Below are positions 1 through 10,880 of a DNA stretch of 64,000 bases, in pieces. Position 1 is the first letter of the stretch; every line of letters begins with the position of its first letter. Source of the stretch: Azolla caroliniana (lineage: Eukaryota; Plantae; Polypodiophyta); NCBI GenBank assembly GCA_043228905.1, contig JBHGNT010000004.1, positions 23,994,001-24,058,000 of the forward strand. Reading direction: 5' to 3'. The notes below the pieces were generated by a model that had not been told where the DNA came from, did no database searches, and saw only the letters and a list, made by a program, of their open reading frames with translations. The position numbers were made by a program, and so were the translations under genes.

Positions 1-216
1 TTCTCGATTACTCTACATTCTAGGATAACCTAGAATATTCTAGAGTGTTCTCTATTACTTATAAATAGGGATCTACCACCCATCCCAAACCTAAATTGGT
101 TCAACGCCATTTTGTGGCCTACTCTTTGTAATCCATTTTACGCTTCAATATAATAATTCTCTTTCAATTATCTCTCTATCTCTTTCTCTCTCTCTTTCTC
201 TCTCTCAGTCTTGATA
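1..216 (+). repeat. 5' LTR (partial) of the chromovirus
   Basis: Near-identical to the end of the 3' LTR. TATA box tataaata at 60-67. Ends ttgata, versus ttgaca in the 3' copy. Confidence 0.9.
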
Positions 217-304
217 GTTTGAACCAATTTTTTTCCTTTCATCTCTTCGTCTTCCACAAACCCTAACAAGTTCTCTTCTTCCTTCTCCTCTCCCCTCATA
301 AGCT

Positions 305-1423
305 ATGGAGTCTGTGAGCAAACAAGAATACATGCGTGTTCTTTCTGAGCTCGACATGCTCACGAATAAATTTGTGGCATTAGAGCATGAGAATCAAAGG
401 CTACTTGGAGATCTACAACTGTACGTGAGCGCCGAAAAAGCTCAACAATATGAAGAGTTATCACAGCGGGTTCATCAACTTGAGGCGACTATATTGTCAT
501 TACGAGAGCAAGCGTCGGGGGCTCAGAACTCCCCTAGAGAGCCAAAGATCAGCCTCCTTGCCAAGTTTGATGGTACGAGGTCTTTATTTCGAGGCTTTTT
601 GAATCAAGTTTGTCTAGTTATTCAGCTACATCCCAATCGGTATCCAACGGATGCTGCTCGTGTGGGATTAGTGGGAACTTTGCTATGCGGTACGGCGTTA
701 GCATGGTTCACACCACTTCTCGAGAAGAAATCACCATTGCTGGAGGATTTCGAGGCATTTGTTAAAGAGTTTCAAGCTAGTTTCGGAGACACCGACAGCA
801 CTAGGACAACGATAAACAAGATTCGAAGGCTCCGACAAGGAGATCGTCTCGCGTCGTCTTATGCAGCCGAGTTTCGTCTCTTGGCATGCGATATCCCTTG
901 GGATGAGGCAGCTTTAATGGATCAATTCCGTCAAGGTTTGAGAAATGATGTCAAAGATCTTCTTCTTACTTTCCCTAAAGATCCGAAGTCACTTACAGAA
1001 GCCATTAGTCGAGCTGTGCGATGTGATAATCGCCTATTTGAGCGACGTTCTGAGCGCCAAAAAATGTTACGCCGCCAACCTGAGCAGACTTACGCTTCCG
1101 TAGTCGCAACGCCTTCTAGACCCATTACAAGGGATGTCCCAACTCCGATGGAAATAGAGTCAACACAACGTCGTGGGCCGTTATCAGATGCTGAGAAGCA
1201 ACGACGTCGAGCGCATCGCCTCTGCCTGTATTGTGGCGGTCCAGGACATATAGTTGTAAATTGTCCACATAAACCTAGGCGTCAAGTATACCAAGTAAGT
1301 GCCCATGAAAACCCTACATTGAGTTCTATTGTTACTTCTAATAACATAAATAAGTCTTATAGTCCATGTCATGAGAATAGATTCGATGTCTTGAGTCAAT
1401 TAGAGGATGTGTTAAACGAGTAA
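305..1423 (+). CDS. gag: Retrotransposon Gag (PEG10/Tcn1-like capsid plus CCHC zinc knuckle)
   Basis: Motifs LRQG...Y..EF, PTPMEI and [14 protein letters not shown]. Confidence 0.93.
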   Translation: MESVSKQEYMRVLSELDMLTNKFVALEHENQRLLGDLQLYVSAEKAQQYEELSQRVHQLEATILSLREQASGAQNSPREPKISLLAKFDGTRSLFRGFLNQVCLVIQLHPNRYPTDAARVGLVGTLLCGTALAWFTPLLEKKSPLLEDFEAFVKEFQASFGDTDSTRTTINKIRRLRQGDRLASSYAAEFRLLACDIPWDEAALMDQFRQGLRNDVKDLLLTFPKDPKSLTEAISRAVRCDNRLFERRSERQKMLRRQPEQTYASVVATPSRPITRDVPTPMEIESTQRRGPLSDAEKQRRRAHRLCLYCGGPGHIVVNCPHKPRRQVYQVSAHENPTLSSIVTSNNINKSYSPCHENRFDVLSQLEDVLNE

Positions 1424-4400
1424 GTCCGGCCAAAATAGGAGCCATTTGGCTGGACCATCCTAGCTATGTAGAGTTAGTTCCTAGTCGTGGTTCCATTTCA
1501 TCAAATCAAGTGAGTCGAGTTTTTTCAGCACAAGTCGAGCTTACCACATCTACATGTCATCGAGTCCTAGCCTCTGCCCTTCTAGATTCTGGAGCCAACT
1601 CTTGTTTCATGGATCGTGAATTTGCCTTGTCACAAAACATCCTCTTATATAAGCTTCCTAGCCCAGTAGCCGTAGGAGTCATTGATGGACGTCCCATAGT
1701 ATCAAGAGATATAGTCGAGGAGTCCGAGCCAATTAGGATAGTTCTTGGCAATTTGGCAAGCATAATCTCTTTCAATATTATTCGTAGTCCGGACCACCCA
1801 ATAGTTCTAGGTCTCCCCTGGTTTGAACTCCATAACCTGAAGATTGATTGGATGAAAAGAACAATTGAGGAGACCCGGGAAAAAAGCACAAATCCCGCAT
1901 CCCTCTCTCCTACATGTGCTAATAGATCCCCAGAGTTATCGCCCATCTCTTTACGACAGTTGCAGGAGGAAGGGGGGAACGAGGCCATGTTCGTCTTCGC
2001 AATAATAGCAACTCCATCATCCACTTCACGTGAAGCGGATATTAAACTACCAGAGAAATACAAGGAGTTTTCAGATGTCTTTGATAAGGTGAAGGCCAAT
2101 ACATTGCCGGAGCATCGGCCATACGACTGCCCTATTGACTTACAACCAGGGAAAGAACCTCCATGGGGCCCAATTTATAATCTCTCCCTTGTAGAGCTAG
2201 AGACTTTGCGGGAATATATTGATGAGAATCTGGCAAACGGATTCATTCGGCATTCTAGATCCCCTGCTGGTGCACCTATCTTCTTCGTTAAGAAGAAGAA
2301 TGGGACTCTTCGGTTGGTCGTGGATTATCGAGGGCTAAACAAAGTGACTATCCGAAATAGATATACTCTACCATTAATCCTGAATCTTTTGGAACGTCTC
2401 AGTGGTGCAAAATATTTCACGAAGTTGGACCTTCGCGGAGCATATAATCTAGTTCGGATTCGCCCGGGGGATGAATGGAAGACAGCTTTCCGCACTCGCT
2501 ATGGACATTTTGAGTATACAGTGATGCCATTTGGTCTCGCGAATGCACCTGCTGTTTTCCAACATATGGCGAATGATATTTTTCGAGATTTTCTTGATAT
2601 CTTCACTATAGTTTACCTAGATGATATTTTAATCTACTCAAAGACCCAAGAGGAGCATGATGAACATGTTCGTCAAGTACTGCACCGACTCCGAGAATAT
2701 GGTCTCTACGCAAAATTAGAAAAGTGTAGTTTCAGCCAGAATCAAGTGGAAATTTTGGGGTATGTTGTATCGTCAAATGGTATTGCTATGGACCCCATGA
2801 AGGTACAAGCAATTTTAGAGTGGCAAACGCCCCTTTCAGTGCGTGATGTGCAATGTTTTCTCGGGTTTGCAAATTTTTATCGAAAATTTATTAAAGATTA
2901 TTCCAAGGTTGTGCTTCCGCTTACTCAGCTCACACATAAAGATCAACCATTTATATGGAGTTCAGATGCAGCCGAGGCATTCGAAAGCTTAAAACGAGCA
3001 TTTACAACAACACCTATCTTAGCACATGTCGACCCAACAAAACGCTTCATCCTCGAAGCCGATGCATCCGATTTTGCACTAGGGAGTGTCCTCTCGCTGA
3101 CTGGAGATGATGGACAACTACACCCAGTCGCCTTTCATTCACGAAAGTTTGAAGCTGCAGAGATCAACTACGAGATCCATGACAAAGAGCTTCTTGCAAT
3201 CGTGGATTCGTTTCAACAATGGCGACATTTCCTAGAAGGTTCTTCTCAGCAGATCATTGTCTACAATGATCATAAGAACCAGACTTATTTCCAAAATGCT
3301 CGAGTCTTGAGTCGGCGACAAGCCCGGTGGGCGCAATTTTTGACTCACTTCGACTTTATCATCATATATCGCCCTGGGATGTAGCAAGGCAAAGCAGATG
3401 CTCTTTCTCGGCGCTCTTATATGGAACTTCGTCCAGGGGAACCTGCATTTGAGCATAAAAAACAAATCCTTTTGGGTCCTAATCGATTAGGATTAATGGT
3501 AGTTAACGCCATAACAACTCTTGAAAATTCCACTCTTCTTGATTCCATTCGAGATCATATGGCCATTGATGATTTTGCCAAGGATGTTTTGGATCATATC
3601 GTCCTGGATCGTGCTTCTTGCTCACAGTCGAAAAATCCTCGTAATGACTATTGTCAGTTCTATTGGCATGATGGTTTTCTATTTCGACAAAATTTATTGT
3701 ATGTTCCTGATGGTCCCCCACGACTACAAGTTTTGCAACATTGCCATGACTCACCAATGGCTGGTCATTTTGGAGTTCACAAGACTCTAGAATTAATTTC
3801 TCGACTCTATTGGTGGCCTCGCCTTCGTCAATTTGTTGAGGAGTATGTTCGGAGTTGTGATATATGTTGTCGATCAAAGAATCCTCGTCACCGACCCTAT
3901 GGCTTACTACAACCACTTCCCATTCCGGAAACACCTTGGAAGTCTATATCCTTGGACTTCATTACTGATCTCCCAGTTTCAAAAGGTTTTGGTGCAATTC
4001 TCACAGTGGTTGATCGATTTACCAAAATGGCACATTTCTTGCCATGTACAAAGTCGATTACTAGTCAAGAGACGACTGATCTCATCATGCGGGAGGTATT
4101 TAAGCATCATGGTCTGCCGGATGATATTATTAGTGATCGTGGTCCACAATTCATCTCAAAGTTTTGGAAGCACCTGTTCAAACTTCTCCACATTTCAATT
4201 AAGCTTTCTTCGGGCTATCATCCTGAAACAAATGGCCAAACAGAGCGTACCAACCAGACATTGGAACAATATCTTCGTTGTTTCATCAACTATCAACAAG
4301 ATGATTGGGTTGCTTTTTTGCACTTGGCGGAATTCGCTTACAACAACTCAGCCCATTCTTCTACAGGATATTCCCCATTTTTCGCAAATACGGGCTGTCA

Positions 4401-5061
4401 TCCTTGGTGGACGATAAATGCGCATCTAGAAGTTCCTACCAACCCTGCTGCCGAGGATCGTCTTAGTCACCTCCAAGAAATTCAAGCTAACATTCTCCAC
4501 AATTTGCACGATGCTCAATTTACACACAAGAGGCTTGCTGATCGTCATCGTCTAGACTCCTCAAAAAAGTTCCGCATTGGGGATCATGTATGGCTTCTCC
4601 AACACAACATCGAGACCACTCGACCTTGCAGTAAATTGGATTACCAACGTTTTGGCCCTTACATGATCACTGGTAAGATAAGTGATGTTGCATTTCGTCT
4701 TGACCTCCCTCCGCACATGCATCTTCATCCGGTGTTTCATGTATCCCTTTTGGAACCTTATACTACAAGTTCAATTCCGGGCCGTCTTACGACACCCCCA
4801 CCACCTGTCGAGTTCTTGGACGAGCCTGAATTTGAAGTTGCTGCCGTTCTCGATTCTAAAATCGTGCGCAACAAGCTATATTACTTAGTTGATTGGCTAG
4901 GCTATACCCCCAATGATCGAACTTGGGAACCTGCCACAAATCTTTCCAATGCTGCAGAACTCGTCAATGCATTTCATCGCCAATATCCTTGTAAACCAGG
5001 TCCTAATACAAACCCTACGACCCGTGAGACGTGTCATCGAAGAAGGGGGATAGTGTCATGA
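1411..5061 (+). pseudogene. pol: Pol (PR-RT-RNaseH-IN-chromodomain) in the -1 frame relative to gag, with one in-frame TAG at 3382-3384
   Basis: ALLDSGA protease, YLDD RT, DAS RNase H, HHCC plus D,D35E integrase, YYLVDWLGY...TWEP chromodomain. ORFs 1510-3384 and 3421-5061 share one frame. Confidence 0.92.
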
Positions 5062-5524
5062 TAATAGTCACATCATGCATCGAAAGGATCATGACACTCA
5101 CATTATGACTCGAAAGGATTTGAACCCACGACCTTGTTGTACACATGTCAAATCCTTAACCATTGTATTAATATTCTTATATGTATAGTCTCTAGAATAT
5201 AAAATCTAATATCATAGGAATATTCTATATTACTCTACATTCTAGAATGACCTAGAATATTCTAGAGTGTTCTATACCAATAGAACCTTCTAAAATACTC
5301 TAGAGATCTTCTAGATTACTCTACATTTTAGGATAACCTAGAATATTCTAGAGTGTTCTCTATTACTTATAAATAGGGATCTACCACCCATCCCAAACCT
5401 AAATTGGTTCAACGCCATTTTTTAGCCTACTCTTTGTAATTCATTTTACGCTTTAATATAATAATTCTCTTTCAATTATCTCTCTATCTCTTTTTCTCTC
5501 TCTTTCTCTCTCTCAGTCTTGACA
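5054..5524 (+). repeat. 3' LTR (471 bp)
   Basis: TGTCA...TGACA termini directly after the PPT; matches 1-216. Confidence 0.92.
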
Positions 5525-5970
5525 ACTGCTGCGAGTCCCAATATACCAACTTACGCTTAATTGATAATAGCAATGGTGATAGCATCACTCCAGATGGTAA
5601 ATCTATACCAACAAGACAACCTAAGTAACAAATCGGCTCCCCATGATTTAGCCAACAGAATGAAGGGCCTGGATACCATTGTGGACGCGGTTCATCACTG
5701 GCCCAAAGGCCTACAGATTTATTCCAATTGAGAGAGGCTCTAGTAGCATCTGAAAATATCTGTAAAGCATTCTGTACCCAATCAAGATTAACAACATCTC
5801 CGCGAATATAAAGAGTAGTGTCATCCGCAAACTTTGCATCAAGAACTGTTGAGTTTGCAATAGGTAAGGCTATTCCTTGGATGGCCGCCATCGAGGATCT
5901 AAGAAAAGCTGATAAAGCTTCCCCAAATAAAATAAAAAGAAATGGTGCTAACGGACAACCTTGTCGAACA
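5525..5970 (-). mobile_element. LINE reverse transcriptase fragment abutting the chromovirus 3' LTR
   Basis: Minus strand reads VRQGCPLAPFLF...FADD...YLG, typical of L1/Tx1 RT. Confidence 0.85.
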
Positions 5971-6529
5971 AATCTTTATTCTTATTGTTATCATTGCAGG
6001 TGGTATTCTAGTTAACCAATGTATTGGATACAATGGAAAGCTAGAAAGGGCAAAGTGTCATGATTGAGCATGCCTCAAAAGGAGAGGAGTGTGGCATTCA
6101 CATGCCTCAAGAGAGAATCATACCAAGGAGAAAAAACAAAAGTAGGGGCTAATATTCTCCCAAATGTCCATGTTTCACTTATGAGTTTGAAATTTGTTGG
6201 CTATTGTGGTATTTACCACTATGAAAGTCTAAAAGTGTCCCCACATTTGCAATTGAATGGTTAGGGTAGTTATATTCGTCGAAAATGAGCTTAAATATCA
6301 TGAAAACCCAAGAGACATCGCCCAAAATTTCCTTCTCTTGCGGATTTTCATCCAAGCTAAAATGTCACCCGAGCTTCTATACTTCATCGAAATCCTTGAG
6401 GTTCCTTATCTTTTACTCGAATGGGAACACACGCACACACGCAAGCTGTAATGTTTGGCTTTGATTAAAAATGCTATCACCACACACTCTCTATCCTTAC
6501 ACCCAACACTCTCATCCAACACTTTCCTA

Positions 6530-6760
6530 ACAATTTAACTAATCCATCACTTATAGTTACACTATTCATCCAAACTCAATTAATCCATCGCTTAATAATA
6601 CCTACACTATTTAGTAATCCAAACTCAAATAATCCATCACTTATACCTACACTATTTAATAATCCAAACTCAATTAATCCATCACTTCTACCTACACCAA
6701 TTAATCCAAACTTAATCAATCCATCATTAATACCTACACCAATTAATACATCCATCCATC
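6530..6760. repeat. Degenerate ~40-50 bp tandem repeats directly upstream of the VIT1 ATG
   Basis: About five copies of aatccatcacttata...ctacac...atccaaactcaatt. Confidence 0.7.
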
Positions 6761-8510
6761 ATGTCTGCCTTACACAGTAGGCATCATGTAGAGAAGCACT
6801 TCACTATGAGGGAGCTCGTGCGGGATGTGATCATCGGTATGTCGGATGGCCTAACAGTGCCCTTCGCACTCGCTGCAGGTCTCTCTGCCTCCGCCGATGC
6901 CTCATCGTCCATCATTGTTACGGCCGGCATTGCGGAGGTGGCTGCAGGTGCCATAGCTATGGGCCTCGGTGGATACCTTGCCGCAGCGAGCGACATGGAC
7001 CACTACAAGCGCGAAGAGAAACGTGAGAAAGAAGAGATCCTTGCCCTACCCGACACAGGTATACTTTTTAAGTGAAGCTTACCTAAATAGGGTTAAATTT
7101 TTGGCCATAATTAGGCCTAATCAAGCAACCTAATATATGGCTAATGCCCAAGTTTAACAAAGTGATGGGCCAATTGGTAGATCTAAACATGGCCCATGAT
7201 TATTAAGCTTAACCAATGCTAAGGGGCAATTCTAGAGCTAACCATGACCATGGTTAAAGGTTAAGGAGAATTTGTAGAGCCTAAGTATAATGATTAAGTT
7301 TAACCAAGTAAAGTGTTTGCAAAACTATTTAATGGTTCATCGCCAATGTAACTTGTTCTTGCTATTGAACTATGGCTTTCATTGGTTTGATCCTTCAAGT
7401 TGTCTAGTCCCCCCATTTCGTGGAACCAATGTTTTTTCGTGATTGTGCTCTTGGTTTCTAAGGCATATTATTTTGTGTCTCAAGAGCTAATTGGATCTCG
7501 ATTCATCACTCATTTCTTGTGGCCAATGACTTTGTTCCATGTTATAAGCTTGGATTTACATCTTGAGAAAGTAATATCTAATTTACCTTAAGTCTTTGTC
7601 CCTCATTTATTCAAGGTCCGTGATTCTTCATCACATGCCGATGTTTGCGGCTCTCAACTAAATGTTTATCTTATGTATTGCTCATGTAGAGGCAGAGGAA
7701 GTCGGGGAGATATTGGCTAACTTCGGGGTGGAGCCTACAGAGTATCAACCAGTTGTCGAATCTTTACGGAAAAGACCAGAAAACTGGGTGGATTTCATGA
7801 TGAGGTCCCTTATCTTTTCATTCCCACTTTCTCTCTCCTTTATATATATATATATATATATAGGGTAAAAGCACAAATAATTTTTTATCTATATAGGCAT
7901 GATGAGTAGAGTGTGTTATAGAGAGGAAGGGGTGTTTTTGTGGACAACAAACAAGAGACAAAAATTGGGAAGAAATCATTAATGAAAAATAGGTCCAACA
8001 AGTTAAAATGAATTTTCATCTATTGAATCCCTATGAGTTAAAAACTCATGAAACTCCGAGTTTTTAAATATGTAAGGGATTGAGTGTGCAAATGTAATTA
8101 TTAAACCTTTTATGAAACAAAGAATCTACAATTTTCTAATTAAAACTACAGTAACTAACAATACACTAGGAATGCCTCTAATGCAACTTTGAGACCTTAA
8201 CAGGTTTGAGCTAGGATTGGAGAAGCCGAACCCACAACGTGCTTTCAAAAGTGCGCTTGCCATTGCTATGTCATATGTAGTTGGAGGATTAGTGCCATTA
8301 TCACCTTATATGGCCATACATAATGTCGAAAGGGCATTGTTTGTATCTATTGGGATCACATTGGTGGCATTATCTCTATTTGGTTACCTCAAGGGTTACT
8401 TCACAGGAACCCAACCCCTTAAGAGTGCAATCCAAACTGTGGTGATTGGCACCCTTGCCTCTGCTGCTGCATTTGGGCTTGCTCGTGCCATCCAAGCTTC
8501 ATCCAAGTGA
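6761..8510 (+). CDS. VIT1: Vacuolar iron transporter (CCC1/VIT1 family); exons 6761-7058, 7690-7804, 8204-8510
   Basis: EKHFT..RDVIIGMSDGLTVPFALAAGLS and WVDFMMRFELGLEKP. GT-AG introns give a continuous frame. Confidence 0.93.
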
Positions 8511-10392
8511 CACAATCCAAAAGTTCTATACAACACTCCATAAATCTTGCTAAACATTACAACATTTCTATGGACCCCTATACATATTCATTATGCTTCT
8601 TCATGTTTGATTTTCAAAGCATAACGCACCTGTATAGAAAATTGTGTTATGCACAAAATTGAGGTCACATGACATCCAAATTCGGCACTTAAATAAAATG
8701 TAAAGGGCCAATTTATCAACTTTAGATATATATTGTAATGGATATGTCAAAGTTGTTGTCATCGTTGTTGTTGAGGCTCATGAGATGTTTATATGATTAT
8801 AATCACAATATTATCATTTTTACATGAACACAGATAACTTTGTCTTTCTTTGACTTTCATCTGATTACTAATATTTAGTGATTTTTCAGCTGGTTATTTT
8901 GATAAGATGTAGGATGACAGTGCCATCATAAGAGGACATTTTTAGTCCTCTATGGTTTTATTGCAAGGTATCGCTTCACTGCCTATCTTTATAATATGAT
9001 TGTGATTTTTTTGTGAAACCAGCCCTTACCTTACTTATTATTGGAGAAAATACAATAAATCTGTTGTGGTAGACCAAAGTTGTTCAAACAAAACCATGGC
9101 GCACAACTCACTTTGTCACATGTGCCCTCATTACAAGCACATATTTCTTGATCATAATACAGTGGAAATCGAGAATAAATTACAAAAAGTAACCGAATTA
9201 GTATCAAATGCTTGTACAATTCATGATTTAAGATATCGTGAATTTTACAGAAGTTCAAACTTAAAATTATACGAGATGCTCCTTTATTATCAAGCTCAAC
9301 TCATCCAACCACTCCCATGCTATCTCAATCTCTCTCGAAAAGATGAGGTGATCTCATTTTAGAAGAAAATACAAACAACCTTCATAAAATTGCCCTAGAG
9401 GCAAGGTGTTGTACCTCATACCAAAATTTGAATCAATTCATGTAAATACCTTTAAGCACTGGGAACATATCTTCCCAATAAACCATCACTTCTAATGGAC
9501 TAAATCATTTAACTCTTTATAATTACATGTTTTTGGGTCCAAAAGGTCTTCAATTGTATTATACTCCTACACTTTGAGACGTTCCTTTATTAGCATTGCT
9601 CATTTGAATGTAGGTAATGGGGTCATTGAATGTACCATATTTAGTGATTGGTTGATGTTGAATTTATACTTGAGCAATTTGTACCTTATTGGTGTCAAGA
9701 AGGTTATACTAGGGTTGTTCAAGGGGTGTTTGACTCAAGACTCTTAATACCATTTTTGAAGCCTTCGAGCATTTTTGTAGTACCATATTTAGTAATTGGG
9801 TGATGTTGAAGTTTTACTTAGGTGTTTTGTGCCATATTATTGCCAAGATGGTTATAATAAAGTTGTTCAAGGGGTGTTTTACTCAAGACTCACTACACAA
9901 TGTTTAATTTGTTGGCATAAAAGGCTGACTCTTCTGCTTTGTATCTTTAGTGTGAACACATCTTGGAGTTAGGGTTTGAGTATATAAGCTCAACCCTAAC
10001 ATTGTGAACAATCTTCTTGTTGAGTCTTGGAGAGAAAGAGTTATAGAGATAGAGATAATAAGATTTTCCATTGAAGCTCGTGATCTGGGTCTATTAGACT
10101 TTTCTATTTCTCCCTTTGTCATCTATCTGTGTTGTTTGTTGTACATCCTACGACAGGTCCTCACACATTCTTCTGCACATATCTTCCATCAAGTGTATCA
10201 AAGTGACTTTCTGTTCAGCGGCAACGAATAGGTAAAAAGTTGAAAGAAAAGACTAGGTCAATAAATCTCACTTTGAAAAGAACATGGCTTCAACGTCTGA
10301 TACAAGAGTTGAAATGAATCCAAAAGTTCAACGACAAAAACTTTTCTCTATGGAAGGAGATGATGTAAGACGTGTTGATCATTCAAAGATAG

Positions 10393-10880
10393 TAAGGATC
10401 GGCAATGGCTCGGCTCAAGCCTAAACCATTTGGCTAAAGCGGTTTAAAGTAGCTTAGCTGCTCGGCTTGGCTTGAGCCTCACCAAATCGGCTCAAACCGG
10501 TTAAGCCGTTTAGAAACTTGAGATAGAGAGAGAGAGGGAGGGAGACTACACAGAGGAGAGAGGGAGAGAGGGAGAGGGAGGGAGGGAGACTACACAGACG
10601 AGGAGAGAGGGAGAGAGGGAGAGGGAGGGAGGGAGACTACACAAAGGAGAGAGAGAGAGGGGGAGGGAGACTAGACAAACATGAGAGAGAGGGAGGCAGG
10701 GAGAGGGGGAGGGAGGGAGAGAGAGGGAGGTTTCCAAACTGTTTGACAAATTTAGCCAATTTTCAAGCCATTTCCCAAACCAGTTTAGGATCGGTATGGT
10801 TTGGTCTGGTTCAGGTTTGAGAACCCCAAAACGGTTTAGGCTTAGCCGGTTTGCCTAAACCAAACCGTTATCGATCCCTA
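10393..10880. mobile_element. Non-autonomous hAT-type MITE nested in the Copia gag
   Basis: Imperfect 16-bp TIR (taaggatcggcaatgg / ccgttatcgatcccta). 8-bp TSD aaagatag / gaagatag. Subterminal aaccg/cggtt repeats and a GA-rich core. Confidence 0.82.

Larger units (their letters stand above)
1..5524 (+). mobile_element. Ty3/Gypsy chromovirus (Tcn1/Tf1-like) LTR retrotransposon; 5' LTR cut by the window start
   Basis: Domain order gag-PR-RT-RH-IN-chromodomain. 5' LTR tail 1-216 matches ~5309-5524. PPT agaaggggga precedes the 3' LTR, which has tgtca...tgaca termini. Confidence 0.95.

Noticed and set aside
3382-3384. In-frame TAG in pol, and another at 61651, as programmed readthrough
   Set aside because: Both are most simply CAG-to-TAG decay mutations inside linkers; there is no independent support for readthrough.
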